Origin: a virus
Lineage: Duplodnaviria; Caudoviricetes
IMG/VR virus record: IMGVR_UViG_3300028805_000055
Span: 1 to 64,000 of that record
Reading direction: 5' to 3' (one strand)
Length of the DNA: 64,000 bases
Shown in pieces: positions 38,842 to 48,968 of the stretch (position 1 is its first letter; each line of letters starts with the position of its first letter). The position numbers and the translations under genes were made by a program. Under the pieces are notes generated by a model. It was given only the letters and a program-made list of their open reading frames with translations, did no database searches and had not been told where the DNA came from.

Positions 38842-39215
38842 ATAAGAAACTTTCAATAAACGGTAGAACATCAGTTCGTGTCCTCCATAGGGAAGAAAGA
38901 ACAAAGGAAATGCCAAAGTATGGAGACTTCCTTGTAAGATACACCTCGTCAGAAATACACGGTGAAAACTTTCTTATTGTGGAAATATTCAAGGAAATGA
39001 CAGATTATGGTATTGTTGCCTGCCTGGTGTGGTGGAACTTTAAGGATGGACGTGGAAATCTAGAACCGCTTCAAGATGAGCACCATTCATATTATATGGG
39101 AAATGGATACGACACTTATAAGGCTAACAACTATGAGATACAATTCCTCGTTGAAAAATTGAAGGAAGTGGGGTATAGATGGGATTTTGAAAGTAAACAA
39201 TTAATAAGAATATAG
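38838..39215 (+). CDS. Hypothetical protein
   Basis: C-terminal KLKEVGYRWD motif shared with 43094 and 60815. Confidence 0.65.
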   Translation: MNKKLSINGRTSVRVLHREERTKEMPKYGDFLVRYTSSEIHGENFLIVEIFKEMTDYGIVACLVWWNFKDGRGNLEPLQDEHHSYYMGNGYDTYKANNYEIQFLVEKLKEVGYRWDFESKQLIRI

Positions 39216-39217
39216 CA

Positions 39218-39676
39218 ATGGTAGGAAGAACTAAATTTTTCGAAGAAGCTAAGGTAAACGACAAGGTTTACAAGCTCTCACTGATAGATTCAATCATCTA
39301 CAGATATCCAAATAGTGAGGCGATTAAGGAGCTGACAATAAGTAGCATCGTCAGATATCCAAGCAACATGTATCTCAATCTCTCAGATGGTGTCACAACA
39401 ATCACACCACGAAGAGCATTGGCTAGCTACGTGAACGAAAGGGACGATGATGAGATTGGTCTCTCAATTGACGTGTATGCCCTCACAAAGAGGGAATGCA
39501 TCAGTGCAGTCATCGCTGAGATAAACAAGCGTAGGACAAAGCTAAGAGGTATTGAGAAACGTTGTAGGGAGTCAGACTCAGAACTGGACATCGCATGTAT
39601 CGAACTCATGGACATTAAGCCAGATGAAGAGGAAGCGATGTCTGAAGAGGAGTTTGCTAACGCAGCCCTTGAGTAA
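39218..39676 (+). CDS. Hypothetical protein
   Basis: 152-aa ORF. Confidence 0.65.
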   Translation: MVGRTKFFEEAKVNDKVYKLSLIDSIIYRYPNSEAIKELTISSIVRYPSNMYLNLSDGVTTITPRRALASYVNERDDDEIGLSIDVYALTKRECISAVIAEINKRRTKLRGIEKRCRESDSELDIACIELMDIKPDEEEAMSEEEFANAALE

Positions 39677-39756
39677 AAAAAATGTTAAAAATCGAGGTAA
39701 TTTTTGGTTATCTCGATTTTTTTGTCTACATTTGCACCAGAAAATATTAGTGAAGT

Positions 39757-40194
39757 ATGAAAGATATTAAAAAATTAAATGAGGTGAAACCTGGCGATAT
39801 CCTCTATTGCATCGCCTATAGTCACAACGGAAAGGAAATCTCAATTGTAGAGATTACCGTAAAAGAAGTCATTACGGATGGTCCTGACATCAAACGTCAC
39901 ATCTACTCCAGAGAAGCCATACTCGTTAAGGAAAAAGTACCAAATTCTCCAGAACCTGCTGGTGAATATGTAATTGACCAGTACTATCGTGGCGATGAAT
40001 GTATGACTCACTCTCACGGCATCTATACAACTTTCATTGAGGCTGCTACTGAGGCACGGAAAGAAATTGATGGAAGATTCAAATTGTATTCCAGAGAAGA
40101 GGAAAAATATGCCAAGAAGAAGCTTGACGCATTCTCAAGCCTCATGGACTTACATGCTGAAATACTCAAAAAATTAAAGGAGGAGGAAGTATGA
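39757..40194 (+). CDS. Hypothetical early protein
   Basis: Promoter at 39727. Confidence 0.65.
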   Translation: MKDIKKLNEVKPGDILYCIAYSHNGKEISIVEITVKEVITDGPDIKRHIYSREAILVKEKVPNSPEPAGEYVIDQYYRGDECMTHSHGIYTTFIEAATEARKEIDGRFKLYSREEEKYAKKKLDAFSSLMDLHAEILKKLKEEEV

Positions 40195-40622
40195 AGCCAA
40201 TAGTAAACATTGCTAGAGAATACGCAGAGAAGAACTTCACCAAGGAGTTCCTTGAAACTACCACAGATTCATGGTACTTTGATGCTCTGGACTGGTTCGA
40301 GTATACTTATAAGGTCACTCCAGAAAGTCAAGAGGCCAACGAGTTCTCTGAGAAAATTCAGTACCAGTTCGACAGGTACTACACCATGTATTTCGGTAAG
40401 CGTGATGACTACTACTACCTCAAGGGTATTATGTCAGACATGAAGGAAATACACGATAAACTTGAGGAAATCCTCAAGCGTGGTACTGTTCAACCTCATG
40501 GTGCTACCTTGAAGGACTGTATGAAGAAGCTCAACAACATGCGGTTCTCACTTGGTCTCGTGAGAAGTTCACTTAACAGACAATATAGTTTTGAGGAGGA
40601 TAATAAAAGTGAAATAACATGA
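40191..40622 (+). CDS. Hypothetical protein
   Basis: ATGA-coupled ORF. Confidence 0.65.
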   Translation: MKPIVNIAREYAEKNFTKEFLETTTDSWYFDALDWFEYTYKVTPESQEANEFSEKIQYQFDRYYTMYFGKRDDYYYLKGIMSDMKEIHDKLEEILKRGTVQPHGATLKDCMKKLNNMRFSLGLVRSSLNRQYSFEEDNKSEIT

Positions 40623-41095
40623 AGATAATTAAGAAAATCTACACCATCCTGGCACTATTATTCAACTTCATCATACGGAGGGAGAACTACAAGCTCACCT
40701 TCATCTGTGAGGATGATAACGGTGTCAGAAGATGGTACTACAAGTTCAATGGCTGGGGATTTAACCATTCCAACCTTGAAATGGTATGCGGGGCTGACAA
40801 ACTCTGTGAACTCTATGCCAATGGTGAGAACGAGGTGACAATAAAGATTATCGCTAGGAAGTACCCATTCGGTATGTACTTCAGACATGAGTTCGACCAC
40901 TACGAGAAACTTATTCCACAAAGTCTTGGAAAAAAGTCTATGCTGGATAAGTACCTGTTTGGTGCTGACTATAAGCAGGAGGTTGACGATGTTGATATTG
41001 CAAACGGTACTCAACAGAAGAGATTCTGGATTTGCCCAGTTACACTCTTTGTCCTTGGTAGATATCCTAATCACATCTATATTAGTAAATTATGA
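40619..41095 (+). CDS. Conserved hypothetical protein (DUF6717-like)
   Basis: LEMVCGADKLC...WICPVTLFVLGRYP; family recalled from memory. Confidence 0.55.
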   Translation: MKIIKKIYTILALLFNFIIRRENYKLTFICEDDNGVRRWYYKFNGWGFNHSNLEMVCGADKLCELYANGENEVTIKIIARKYPFGMYFRHEFDHYEKLIPQSLGKKSMLDKYLFGADYKQEVDDVDIANGTQQKRFWICPVTLFVLGRYPNHIYISKL

Positions 41096-41364
41096 AAAAG
41101 TTCGAGAAAATCTTTAAGATAGCAGTTCAACAGGTGTCAAGGTTTGAACTTACACCATATGAGGAAGGTGGGTATCATGCAGATATACAGGTTACTGGTG
41201 GCAGTTATGATTCGTCAGTATCATTTGACATTACTGATTATAACGAATGCTGCAATTTGATTAACTTCATATCAAATTACAGCTACTTCTTTGCCGTTGT
41301 TCTTCCAACAGGAGGAACAAAGTTCTTCACCGCATACTCTTACGTTACATCATATCTACAGTAA
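41092..41364 (+). CDS. Hypothetical protein
   Basis: ATGA-coupled ORF. Confidence 0.55.
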   Translation: MKKFEKIFKIAVQQVSRFELTPYEEGGYHADIQVTGGSYDSSVSFDITDYNECCNLINFISNYSYFFAVVLPTGGTKFFTAYSYVTSYLQ

Positions 41365-41493
41365 AGGAAAAACTATACGTAATAAAAATCAAGGATGGAA
41401 TGAAGGTCTATGAGTGCCTTTTTCCTTAATTAATGTTAATTTCTTTGGATATCTCAGATTTTTTGTCTAACTTTGCACCAAAATTACAAAATT

Positions 41494-41922
41494 ATGACAA
41501 GATATACAGTTAAATTTACATCCAAAAAGGATGGTTCGGTCAAGTATTATAAGACCATGAATACACATGTCAAGTATGTTGATGGCGTTAGAATGCAGTA
41601 CTGGGACTTTGAACTCACTGATGACATCCATAAGGCAGATACCTACGTGGATGCTGACTTCGCCTATGATTACGTCTCAGAAAAAGCTGAGACATTCCAA
41701 CCAGAGTGGGCTAAGGGCTTCATCATGGAGGCTGTAAGAGTCCCCACAAGACGTGAAGAGGTTAGCATTAGTATCTCACCCATTGCAAAGATGGTGTCAC
41801 TTGTTAAAAACTACAACAAAGCCAATACCAAGGGCAAGAGCAACATCAGAAAACAGCTCTTCAATGAGGAGTTCATAGGTAAGTGCGTTGAGTCACTTAA
41901 ACAAATTAATACGCTCAAGTAA
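41494..41922 (+). CDS. Hypothetical early protein
   Basis: Promoter at 41468; start adjusted to MTRY. Confidence 0.65.
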   Translation: MTRYTVKFTSKKDGSVKYYKTMNTHVKYVDGVRMQYWDFELTDDIHKADTYVDADFAYDYVSEKAETFQPEWAKGFIMEAVRVPTRREEVSISISPIAKMVSLVKNYNKANTKGKSNIRKQLFNEEFIGKCVESLKQINTLK

Positions 41923-41923
41923 A

Positions 41924-42355
41924 ATGGATAAGAAGTATATTACAACAGTGTGTCATGTCAACTATGGCAGGAATGGTGCTACCAGGATAGCAGTGCGTGA
42001 CACCACCATCAATGAGATTGTATGTTCACTCATCTTAGAACCTGTGAACACTGGCATACCTCATGATGGTATTATAGGTGAACTAACTGAGAACGGACAG
42101 AAATGTATGGCGTTGTGGGACTTGAACACCAGGAGAGACTACAGACGTAAGGGGCTGGCTAAGATGGCTGTTGAATACGCTGTAAAACTCTACAGCAACG
42201 TCAATATCGTTCTTATAGCAAAACCGACAATAAGGTATTCTGACGATATTCCCCTCTACTGTCTTGTTAAATTCTACGAGAGCTGTGGCTTCGAGGTTGG
42301 AAAGAAGCTTTCAGACAGGGTAATAATGAAAAAATTAGCAAACAATGAAGTATAA
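41924..42355 (+). CDS. GNAT-family acetyltransferase
   Basis: DYRRKGLAK; LVKFYESCGF. Confidence 0.8.
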   Translation: MDKKYITTVCHVNYGRNGATRIAVRDTTINEIVCSLILEPVNTGIPHDGIIGELTENGQKCMALWDLNTRRDYRRKGLAKMAVEYAVKLYSNVNIVLIAKPTIRYSDDIPLYCLVKFYESCGFEVGKKLSDRVIMKKLANNEV

Positions 42356-42674
42356 AATAGGTGACTTGATTTCCTTTGACGGTTCAAAGGACAAGACAAA
42401 AGACGTATACTACTCTGGAGTTAGGACAGAGAAGGAAGTTAACAAGGATTTCCCTAACGACAGACATATTACCAGGATATTAGTCACACAACCACATTCT
42501 ATGTTCAGAGTAAGAGAACTACACCCACCATACTACATTTGTGAGAAGCTGTGGGAGACTGGTGACGAGGAAATACCAGTGCTTGGAGGCGGTGTCTTCA
42601 TACATGAGGATGAAGCAATCCCCTATGATAGCTCATTCGACGGAAAAGTAATCAATAAAAAGAAAATCATATGA
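42345..42674 (+). CDS. Hypothetical protein
   Basis: MKYKIGD start. Confidence 0.6.
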   Translation: MKYKIGDLISFDGSKDKTKDVYYSGVRTEKEVNKDFPNDRHITRILVTQPHSMFRVRELHPPYYICEKLWETGDEEIPVLGGGVFIHEDEAIPYDSSFDGKVINKKKII

Positions 42675-42970
42675 AAGATTGTAACGAACTCCCAAAGATT
42701 GTAAAGGTCACTACCACTACATATACAGTGGAAGACGTAGCACCAGAGAACGGTGTTAGATTCAACTATGGTAAGTTCCATGAAATGGCAGTCAAACATA
42801 ATCTCAGATGGCAGCTATCCCAGACCAAGTGTCTCAACTGTGATAAGTCATTTAAGGGTGAAGACTACATGTACATGATTATCACCGACAAGGGAAATAA
42901 CTTCGTCTGCCAGGAATGTGCGCAGAAATTCAGAATCCAATTAGGTAAACCAGATTACGTGAAAAAATGA
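42671..42970 (+). CDS. Zn-finger-like hypothetical protein
   Basis: CLNC...CQEC. Confidence 0.6.
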   Translation: MKDCNELPKIVKVTTTTYTVEDVAPENGVRFNYGKFHEMAVKHNLRWQLSQTKCLNCDKSFKGEDYMYMIITDKGNNFVCQECAQKFRIQLGKPDYVKK

Positions 42971-43093
42971 CAGAAGCAGATATCTTAAGACAGTTTAACG
43001 GAAGCTTTGGTGACTTTAGAGCCATCTCATCGCAAAGTACGAGGAAGATAAGAAAGCTGGGAATCTCGAAAAATATATTGGACATTATCGCAT

Positions 43094-43942
43094 ATGAGCA
43101 AGTTTGAATTACCAAAGAGAGGAGACTATGTGACAATACACGATTGTAGCAACTTCAAGACCGTCTACATTGTCATAGAGTGTACACCCCTAAGGGTTGA
43201 TTGGTCACATACAGTTGTACGGCTCATCTATACAGCAGAGTGTGAAATGCACTCAACGAGGAAAACCATCAATGGTGATTTCATTTGGGATAAGATAAGG
43301 ACAAAGTACGTTGGTGCGCCATTCTTCTGCTCCAATTTCAGAACAATCCACATGAAACCAGCAACTGATGCTGAGAAGTCCATAACGAACATAGCACTGG
43401 CAAAGCTTGGAGTTATCTGGAATCCAGTCACACAGAAGCTCGATGATAGACCACTCCCAGACATATCCAAGGGACTCACTCTCAACGATGACTCAAAATA
43501 CTGTTGGCATAAGGTTCTTAAACCATATATAGGTAAGGTGTTCTTCGAGGAAAGAGAAGACTCATTTGTTCACCCATATGAATCAAACTGGGCAAGCATC
43601 TGGCAAATTCTACTCAAGGAGAAACTTGCACGTCAGAATAAGACAGGAAAAGTGTCACCAGAAATGGAAGACCATATGTTCGAGGTGTTGAGAACCATCT
43701 ACCAAGCACCACTGCTCAAGGTATCATATGACTTCGAAAGTGAGAAACACGCCTATAAAGCATTCCTGGTTTCTGAGAAGAACAACAGATACGAGGAGGA
43801 ACGTGGGTTCGTAATTGGTGAACCAAAACTGCACCTTATTACAGACATGTACCATCACTGCAATGGTGTCGGCAGGGTAGACCTCTATAAGAGAATCGCA
43901 GATGATACCTATACAAATTTAAAGTTGTATTTTCCAAAATAA
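43094..43942 (+). CDS. Hypothetical protein
   Basis: 282-aa ORF; PATDAEK...LGVIWN motif. Confidence 0.65.
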   Translation: MSKFELPKRGDYVTIHDCSNFKTVYIVIECTPLRVDWSHTVVRLIYTAECEMHSTRKTINGDFIWDKIRTKYVGAPFFCSNFRTIHMKPATDAEKSITNIALAKLGVIWNPVTQKLDDRPLPDISKGLTLNDDSKYCWHKVLKPYIGKVFFEEREDSFVHPYESNWASIWQILLKEKLARQNKTGKVSPEMEDHMFEVLRTIYQAPLLKVSYDFESEKHAYKAFLVSEKNNRYEEERGFVIGEPKLHLITDMYHHCNGVGRVDLYKRIADDTYTNLKLYFPK

Positions 43943-43950
43943 AAGACAAT

Positions 43951-44298
43951 ATGAAAAAATTTCTTAACAGTAAATTCCTGTTGCCATACCTGGTGTTGGT
44001 AGTGGCACTCACACTCTTCAGTGCTTCGTCATGCGAAGACGCAAACAAGGAAGCCCTAAGCCCATATAAGGCAAAGGAAAAGGTACAGTTCAATGATTCC
44101 ACTTTCTTCACAGAGATTGGAGTTATCGACAAGTGGTCAACAGCAACCACCAAGGTCTATGTCGTTAAGTATGACGGTTGTGAATACATAATGACAGTAT
44201 CATACACTGGTGACTCTCGTGGAGGCGTGACAACAACTGTTACCCATACAGCATCATGCTCAAATCCAATTCACGGTATTAAGAATGAAGAACAGTAG
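43951..44298 (+). CDS. Putative lipoprotein
   Basis: Signal peptide with ASSC; YDGCEYI...HTASC. Confidence 0.65.
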   Translation: MKKFLNSKFLLPYLVLVVALTLFSASSCEDANKEALSPYKAKEKVQFNDSTFFTEIGVIDKWSTATTKVYVVKYDGCEYIMTVSYTGDSRGGVTTTVTHTASCSNPIHGIKNEEQ

Positions 44299-44680
44299 TC
44301 TCACATTCGATGACCTCCAGTATCACCTCTACCAAACAAAAGGTGAGGACGAACAGCCAACTCTAGATGTAACACTCTACGCTGTCAATGGAAAATCTGG
44401 GGAACTCACAGTCATAGAGCCAGGAAATGCACACTACGTTGCAAATCCTAAACCAGGGCACTTTTGTCTCATAAGAACACCGAACACCAGGAAGTTCTTC
44501 AACATTCCCATGTTCTATGTACATGAGAAGCGTAAGGACGATACATGGACTACTGGCTTCATAGCATCCAATTACGCACTGTTCCTTAACAAGGACGAGG
44601 CAAAAAGACTCTCACTTAACGTTCTCCTTAATAAGAGAATAGCACTACAGAAGAAAATCGATAGAATTAAAAAATTATAA
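44285..44680 (+). CDS. Hypothetical protein
   Basis: 131-aa ORF. Confidence 0.6.
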   Translation: MKNSSLTFDDLQYHLYQTKGEDEQPTLDVTLYAVNGKSGELTVIEPGNAHYVANPKPGHFCLIRTPNTRKFFNIPMFYVHEKRKDDTWTTGFIASNYALFLNKDEAKRLSLNVLLNKRIALQKKIDRIKKL

Positions 44681-44684
44681 GACA

Positions 44685-46025
44685 ATGAAAAAAGAACAAC
44701 TAATCAAGAAAATTACTGACGTGGTAATGAAGAACTCCAAGAAGGGTGTCCTCACCACCACTAAGTATGTTGGAACGTACAACTATAAGAGTGGCTACGA
44801 TTCCTACTTTGCAGTGTCCTTAGACCTCGACAAGACACTCATCGTCTACTCCTACTACCAGAACGACAGGGGAGAGCACATAGACACCTGTAAGTATAAG
44901 CTCATTGACCTTCCAGAAAAAGAACTCCAGGAAATCTATAACAACCTCAATACAGAGGACGAAGATTCACTCTCATACGTCGGCTGGACTGAGACTGAGG
45001 AGAAGAACCTCGCCATCCTAGTTGAACTTGGACTCTTCAAACCCAAGAAGACAGAGTACAAGCCCATCGACATTAACAAAGTCCCAGACCTTGAGAACCA
45101 AGACGATGCCTACTACATCGACAGGGACGAAAACGTGCATATACTCAAGTGTGTTGGTAAGACAATCATCGGCAACCCCATCTTCGACGTTGAGAAAAAC
45201 CGCAATGGTATCTATGAACAACCTTACTACCTCGACAAGCCAGATACGTTCTGTAAGCAGGCAAAACATGTAAGGAATAAGGGTATCTTCATGGCAGCAG
45301 ACGGTGACGATATCTCCGACGATAAGTACCTCTATGTTCCCAATAAGAAAGAACTCGCAAAGCTCCTCAAGAAACAAATGAGCTATAAGGATTACTATTT
45401 CGTCAACACCATGCTGGAGTCCTGGAAACGTACCACCAACGAGAAACCAGAGAATAGGGATGGTCGCTTCGACTTCACCGACAAGGACGAGGCTATAGCC
45501 AAGTTCAACGAGGTGAGAAATGAACTCCTTGCCAATCTCAAGGACGCAAAGTCCAAGCTTGAGAAGAAGAAAGAAAAGATTAAGGAGTTCACCAAGGGAA
45601 TAAAACTCCTACACTACGACGAATGCCATATCTGGCCAAAGAACGCAGTCGTTGGTTCTTCCTACTACGTGGAAATGAGAAACGACAAAGGAAAGTATAC
45701 TTATGTCGGACCATTCAAGGTTAAGGAAGTACAACCAGAGAGAGAGTACGCTGTACTTGAGGATGGAAGACTCGTCTATCGCTCCACCATGATGATTACA
45801 CCAGAAAACCTTGAGGCATACAACGCCTCCTGCAAGTACGAAAAGGTAATGGACATGCTCAAAGACATCGACACTGCCATGAAGTATGTTGAGAGAGCTA
45901 TCAAGTTCGCTGAGACAGTTAAACCATTCATCAAATCAGACCAGTGTATCCCCAAGTGGGTTGTGGATGACGCACTTGAACTCTACAAGAAACCACTGCC
46001 AAAGATGAAACATGCAGAGGCTTAA
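44685..46025 (+). CDS. Hypothetical protein
   Basis: 446-aa ORF. Confidence 0.7.
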   Translation: MKKEQLIKKITDVVMKNSKKGVLTTTKYVGTYNYKSGYDSYFAVSLDLDKTLIVYSYYQNDRGEHIDTCKYKLIDLPEKELQEIYNNLNTEDEDSLSYVGWTETEEKNLAILVELGLFKPKKTEYKPIDINKVPDLENQDDAYYIDRDENVHILKCVGKTIIGNPIFDVEKNRNGIYEQPYYLDKPDTFCKQAKHVRNKGIFMAADGDDISDDKYLYVPNKKELAKLLKKQMSYKDYYFVNTMLESWKRTTNEKPENRDGRFDFTDKDEAIAKFNEVRNELLANLKDAKSKLEKKKEKIKEFTKGIKLLHYDECHIWPKNAVVGSSYYVEMRNDKGKYTYVGPFKVKEVQPEREYAVLEDGRLVYRSTMMITPENLEAYNASCKYEKVMDMLKDIDTAMKYVERAIKFAETVKPFIKSDQCIPKWVVDDALELYKKPLPKMKHAEA

Positions 46026-46233
46026 CATTCTTTAACGCAAATAATTTGGTAGTCTAAAATATTTTGCCTACTTTTGCACCAGATTTTTAATTAACAATAA
46101 GTTTAACATTGGACAAGTGTTCACACCACAACAGGATGCCGATACATCAATACCAAAGATGAACATCCCATTCTGTGACTTGGATAACACAGTCCAGATT
46201 ATCACGCAACCAATGTTCGCAGAACTCTAAATG

Positions 46234-46270
46234 AAAAGGAGACCTAGGCAGTCTCCTTTCTTTTTTTTCT
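46234..46270. terminator. Intrinsic terminator at the convergence of the two gene blocks
   Basis: AAAGGAGAC-ctaggca-GTCTCCTTT followed by a long T tract. Confidence 0.75.
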
Positions 46271-46286
46271 TTCCTTTCCTTCGGGG

Positions 46287-47156
46287 TTACTCGACAGGAG
46301 GATTAATCACATGATTTATCATTTTAGGAATAATTGTACGCATCTTATTCTCATATCTGTTTATAAACTGCTTCAACCACTTGCGAAAGTGATTCCAATT
46401 ACTAAATCTGTAATCAGAACACTCCCTAACAACATATAACGCACACATCTGGTCAACCACATCAGATAAGTTAACAAGATACCATGCAGAAGCAACAGCC
46501 CTCTCATAACGAGAATACTCAACAGTACTACGCAAGAACTTAATCGCATCCTTGTACGTCCTTATACTACCAGCAGGCAAGTCCCTCAACTTGGTGAACA
46601 TCGCAGCATTCCTGGCATTCCTCTCAAATCCAATACCATAGAATAAAACCCTGTTAACTGCCCTCTCAATACTAGTATAATTCGCCTTGTTTTTATCAGA
46701 TAACATACCCTTGTTAATAACATTGCCAAATGTCTTGGAATAACCAACCCTAGACAACTCGTCACCAAGACCTCCTTCACTGCTACCACGCCTACCAACA
46801 TCCTCAATCATGTGAGTCAACTCATGAACCAACGTAGCATGGAAGGTAGAATCCTTCTTGTTATTGAATAAAATCTCTGGATTTATAAACAATACACAAG
46901 GCTTTCCAGATGAAACTGGAGGCATACCATAACAAGCACGAAGATTCATGTTGGTAGGACGTACCTCTAAGTAACCAAGAGGAAGACCATCGTAAGGAAT
47001 AGTAAATGATTCGTACTCCCAACTGTCAGACCACCTGCGCCTTACCTCACCCATAACATAATTGGCAAAACTGTCAATGTTGTTGGGTAAACCATAATAC
47101 TCCCTAATCAACCTACATTGACCCTCACTAACGTATACCTTCTTGCTATTATCCAT
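46287..47156 (-). CDS. HExxH metallopeptidase-like late protein
   Basis: TLVHELTHMIE...ERNA; leader KKVYVSEGQCRLIRE. Confidence 0.65.
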   Translation of the reverse strand: MDNSKKVYVSEGQCRLIREYYGLPNNIDSFANYVMGEVRRRWSDSWEYESFTIPYDGLPLGYLEVRPTNMNLRACYGMPPVSSGKPCVLFINPEILFNNKKDSTFHATLVHELTHMIEDVGRRGSSEGGLGDELSRVGYSKTFGNVINKGMLSDKNKANYTSIERAVNRVLFYGIGFERNARNAAMFTKLRDLPAGSIRTYKDAIKFLRSTVEYSRYERAVASAWYLVNLSDVVDQMCALYVVRECSDYRFSNWNHFRKWLKQFINRYENKMRTIIPKMINHVINPPVE

Positions 47157-47175
47157 CGTATTTAAAATCATAATC

Positions 47176-47832
47176 CTATCTAATTAAACCTTTATTAAGA
47201 TGCTTGTTTATAACCTCAACTATTATCTTGTCTATTAATCTACCCTCCTGCCTGGAATAATGATAATACTCAGCCCTCGTCATATTCTGAGGAAACTTCT
47301 TGTCAACAATGTGCCTTCTTGAATTTAACTCGTCATAAACCAACTTAATCTCATACGGCACATCTAGCCTTTCAACCTTTTCACCAGAATCACCAGTCCT
47401 AGATAAAAACTCATCAAACGGTATCTCAATAACCTTACCACCTTTATTGAAAACAACAGAATATTTGCTAGCATTGCCACCAATATATTCCAATACCCTA
47501 GATACATATTCCTTTGATGGTACTCTACCATCATCAACTGCAAGATATTTGCCCAGGAAAAGCCTTCCACGACCCTCACAACTTAACCATATTTCCTCAG
47601 TCATACTGTCAATCTCAGAATCATTAAACCAGTTGTATATGTCACCAGCGTTGAAAGACTTTAATATATCATCAAAAGCTTGACCTGCACAGGAATAATG
47701 ACAATCACCATAATATAATCTAGGAGTACCATATATGTCACATGGACAATAAGCAAAAGAATCACCATCAAGAACATTCTCCATCTTATAACCCTTGTAT
47801 ATAAAGTTACACGTATTAACAAACTCTTTCAT
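47176..47832 (-). CDS. Hypothetical late protein
   Basis: TATTTATA at 47851; C-terminal LIDKIIVEVINKHL. Confidence 0.65.
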   Translation of the reverse strand: MKEFVNTCNFIYKGYKMENVLDGDSFAYCPCDIYGTPRLYYGDCHYSCAGQAFDDILKSFNAGDIYNWFNDSEIDSMTEEIWLSCEGRGRLFLGKYLAVDDGRVPSKEYVSRVLEYIGGNASKYSVVFNKGGKVIEIPFDEFLSRTGDSGEKVERLDVPYEIKLVYDELNSRRHIVDKKFPQNMTRAEYYHYSRQEGRLIDKIIVEVINKHLNKGLIR

Positions 47833-48012
47833 ATAATAATATATTATGTATATAAATAATAACCCGTCTACAGAATTTCCAAAAATTTTTTCCAGAATTT
47901 TTTTTTAATACACACACCAATAAAAAAAAGAGGACCACCTTCCTGGAAACAACAAAAATTTTTTCCGAAATTTTATTTAGCAAACTGTCCAACCCCTAAT
48001 GTGTTAAAAACT

Positions 48013-48055
48013 GGGGGACTGGGGGTGGGGGACATAGGTGGGGGGTAGGTGGGGG
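48013..48055 (+). other. G-quadruplex-capable tract
   Basis: Five G runs (5,5,5,6,5) within 43 bp. Confidence 0.7.
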
Positions 48056-48070
48056 TGTACGTCCCAAGAT

Positions 48071-48138
48071 GTAAAGAGTTTTTACTCACTAAGGGATACA
48101 TATACTATATATGTGATGCTAATGTAAAGAGTTTTTAC
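48071..48138 (-). repeat. Symmetric box-core-box element, copy 1 (inverted)
   Basis: GTAAAGAGTTTTTAC twice, 53 bp apart, flanking ACATATACTATATA. Confidence 0.8.
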
Positions 48139-48401
48139 TTAACTTATTGAAATACAGTAAATTGAATAAGTAAAAAGTCGTTTATAAGCGTTTATTCATG
48201 CTGTAGGCTTATAGTTATCCATACGGCTGGTAAAATGCTCTTAGAATGGCTGTAAATAGCCTTAAATCGAAAGTTTTGATATTAGATGTATTTCCTTATG
48301 CGTGTGTACGGGTGTGTGTCCTGGGGTCGCCAGGATGATAGTTAACGTATGGGCACAAAAAAAAACTCCCACCACCTTTAGAGTGATAGGAGTTTTTTTA
48401 A

Positions 48402-48968
48402 TTAGTGGATAAGTACCATCTTTCGTCCGTCAATGTTCACGAAGTTGATGTCAGCTACATTGAGGGTAAAAGGCTTAACTTGGTCTTTAACCTCGATACC
48501 TGCTGCTGCTTGGCGGTTGCTGCTGCTGCTTGGTCTGAAAGCTGCCTCGATGCTCTTAATGGTCTGTGGGTCTGTTACCTTGACACCATCAAGAATGTAG
48601 GTCACATCTTTCTTGGTAGCCTTAATGGTATATAAGCGGAGGTAGGTTGCACCCTTATGGGCGATAGTCTTATTAGGGATAATCCAAGTGCCCCAAGGCA
48701 GGGATTCTGCAACAAACTTTTCAGCCTTACCATCAGAAGCCTTTGGCAAGCGGTTATTGACTGCATTTTCATAGTTCGCATTGAACTGCAAACCGCTGCA
48801 ATCAGTAACGGCAGACACCCGACCATAGTAGGGATTTTTCTGTCCACCCGCTAATTTCTTGTTGATGTGTTCTACATCAGTTGTGTAGGACAAAGAGCAG
48901 AATTGACAACCTGTGATACCATTCATCACGTTAACGAACTCACTAACTAAAATAGAATTTGTTTTCAT
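48402..48968 (-). CDS. Conserved phage hypothetical protein
   Basis: YENAVNNRL...AESLPWG.W...HKG..YLR; promoter at 49109 and terminator at about 48357-48399. Confidence 0.75.
   Translation of the reverse strand: MKTNSILVSEFVNVMNGITGCQFCSLSYTTDVEHINKKLAGGQKNPYYGRVSAVTDCSGLQFNANYENAVNNRLPKASDGKAEKFVAESLPWGTWIIPNKTIAHKGATYLRLYTIKATKKDVTYILDGVKVTDPQTIKSIEAAFRPSSSSNRQAAAGIEVKDQVKPFTLNVADINFVNIDGRKMVLIH

Noticed and set aside
41280-41430. Second bypass/frameshift at the end of ORF 41092
   Set aside because: An overlapping open frame exists (...TVKEKLYVIKIKDG...), but there are no matched codons, hairpin or recognisable motif to support recoding.
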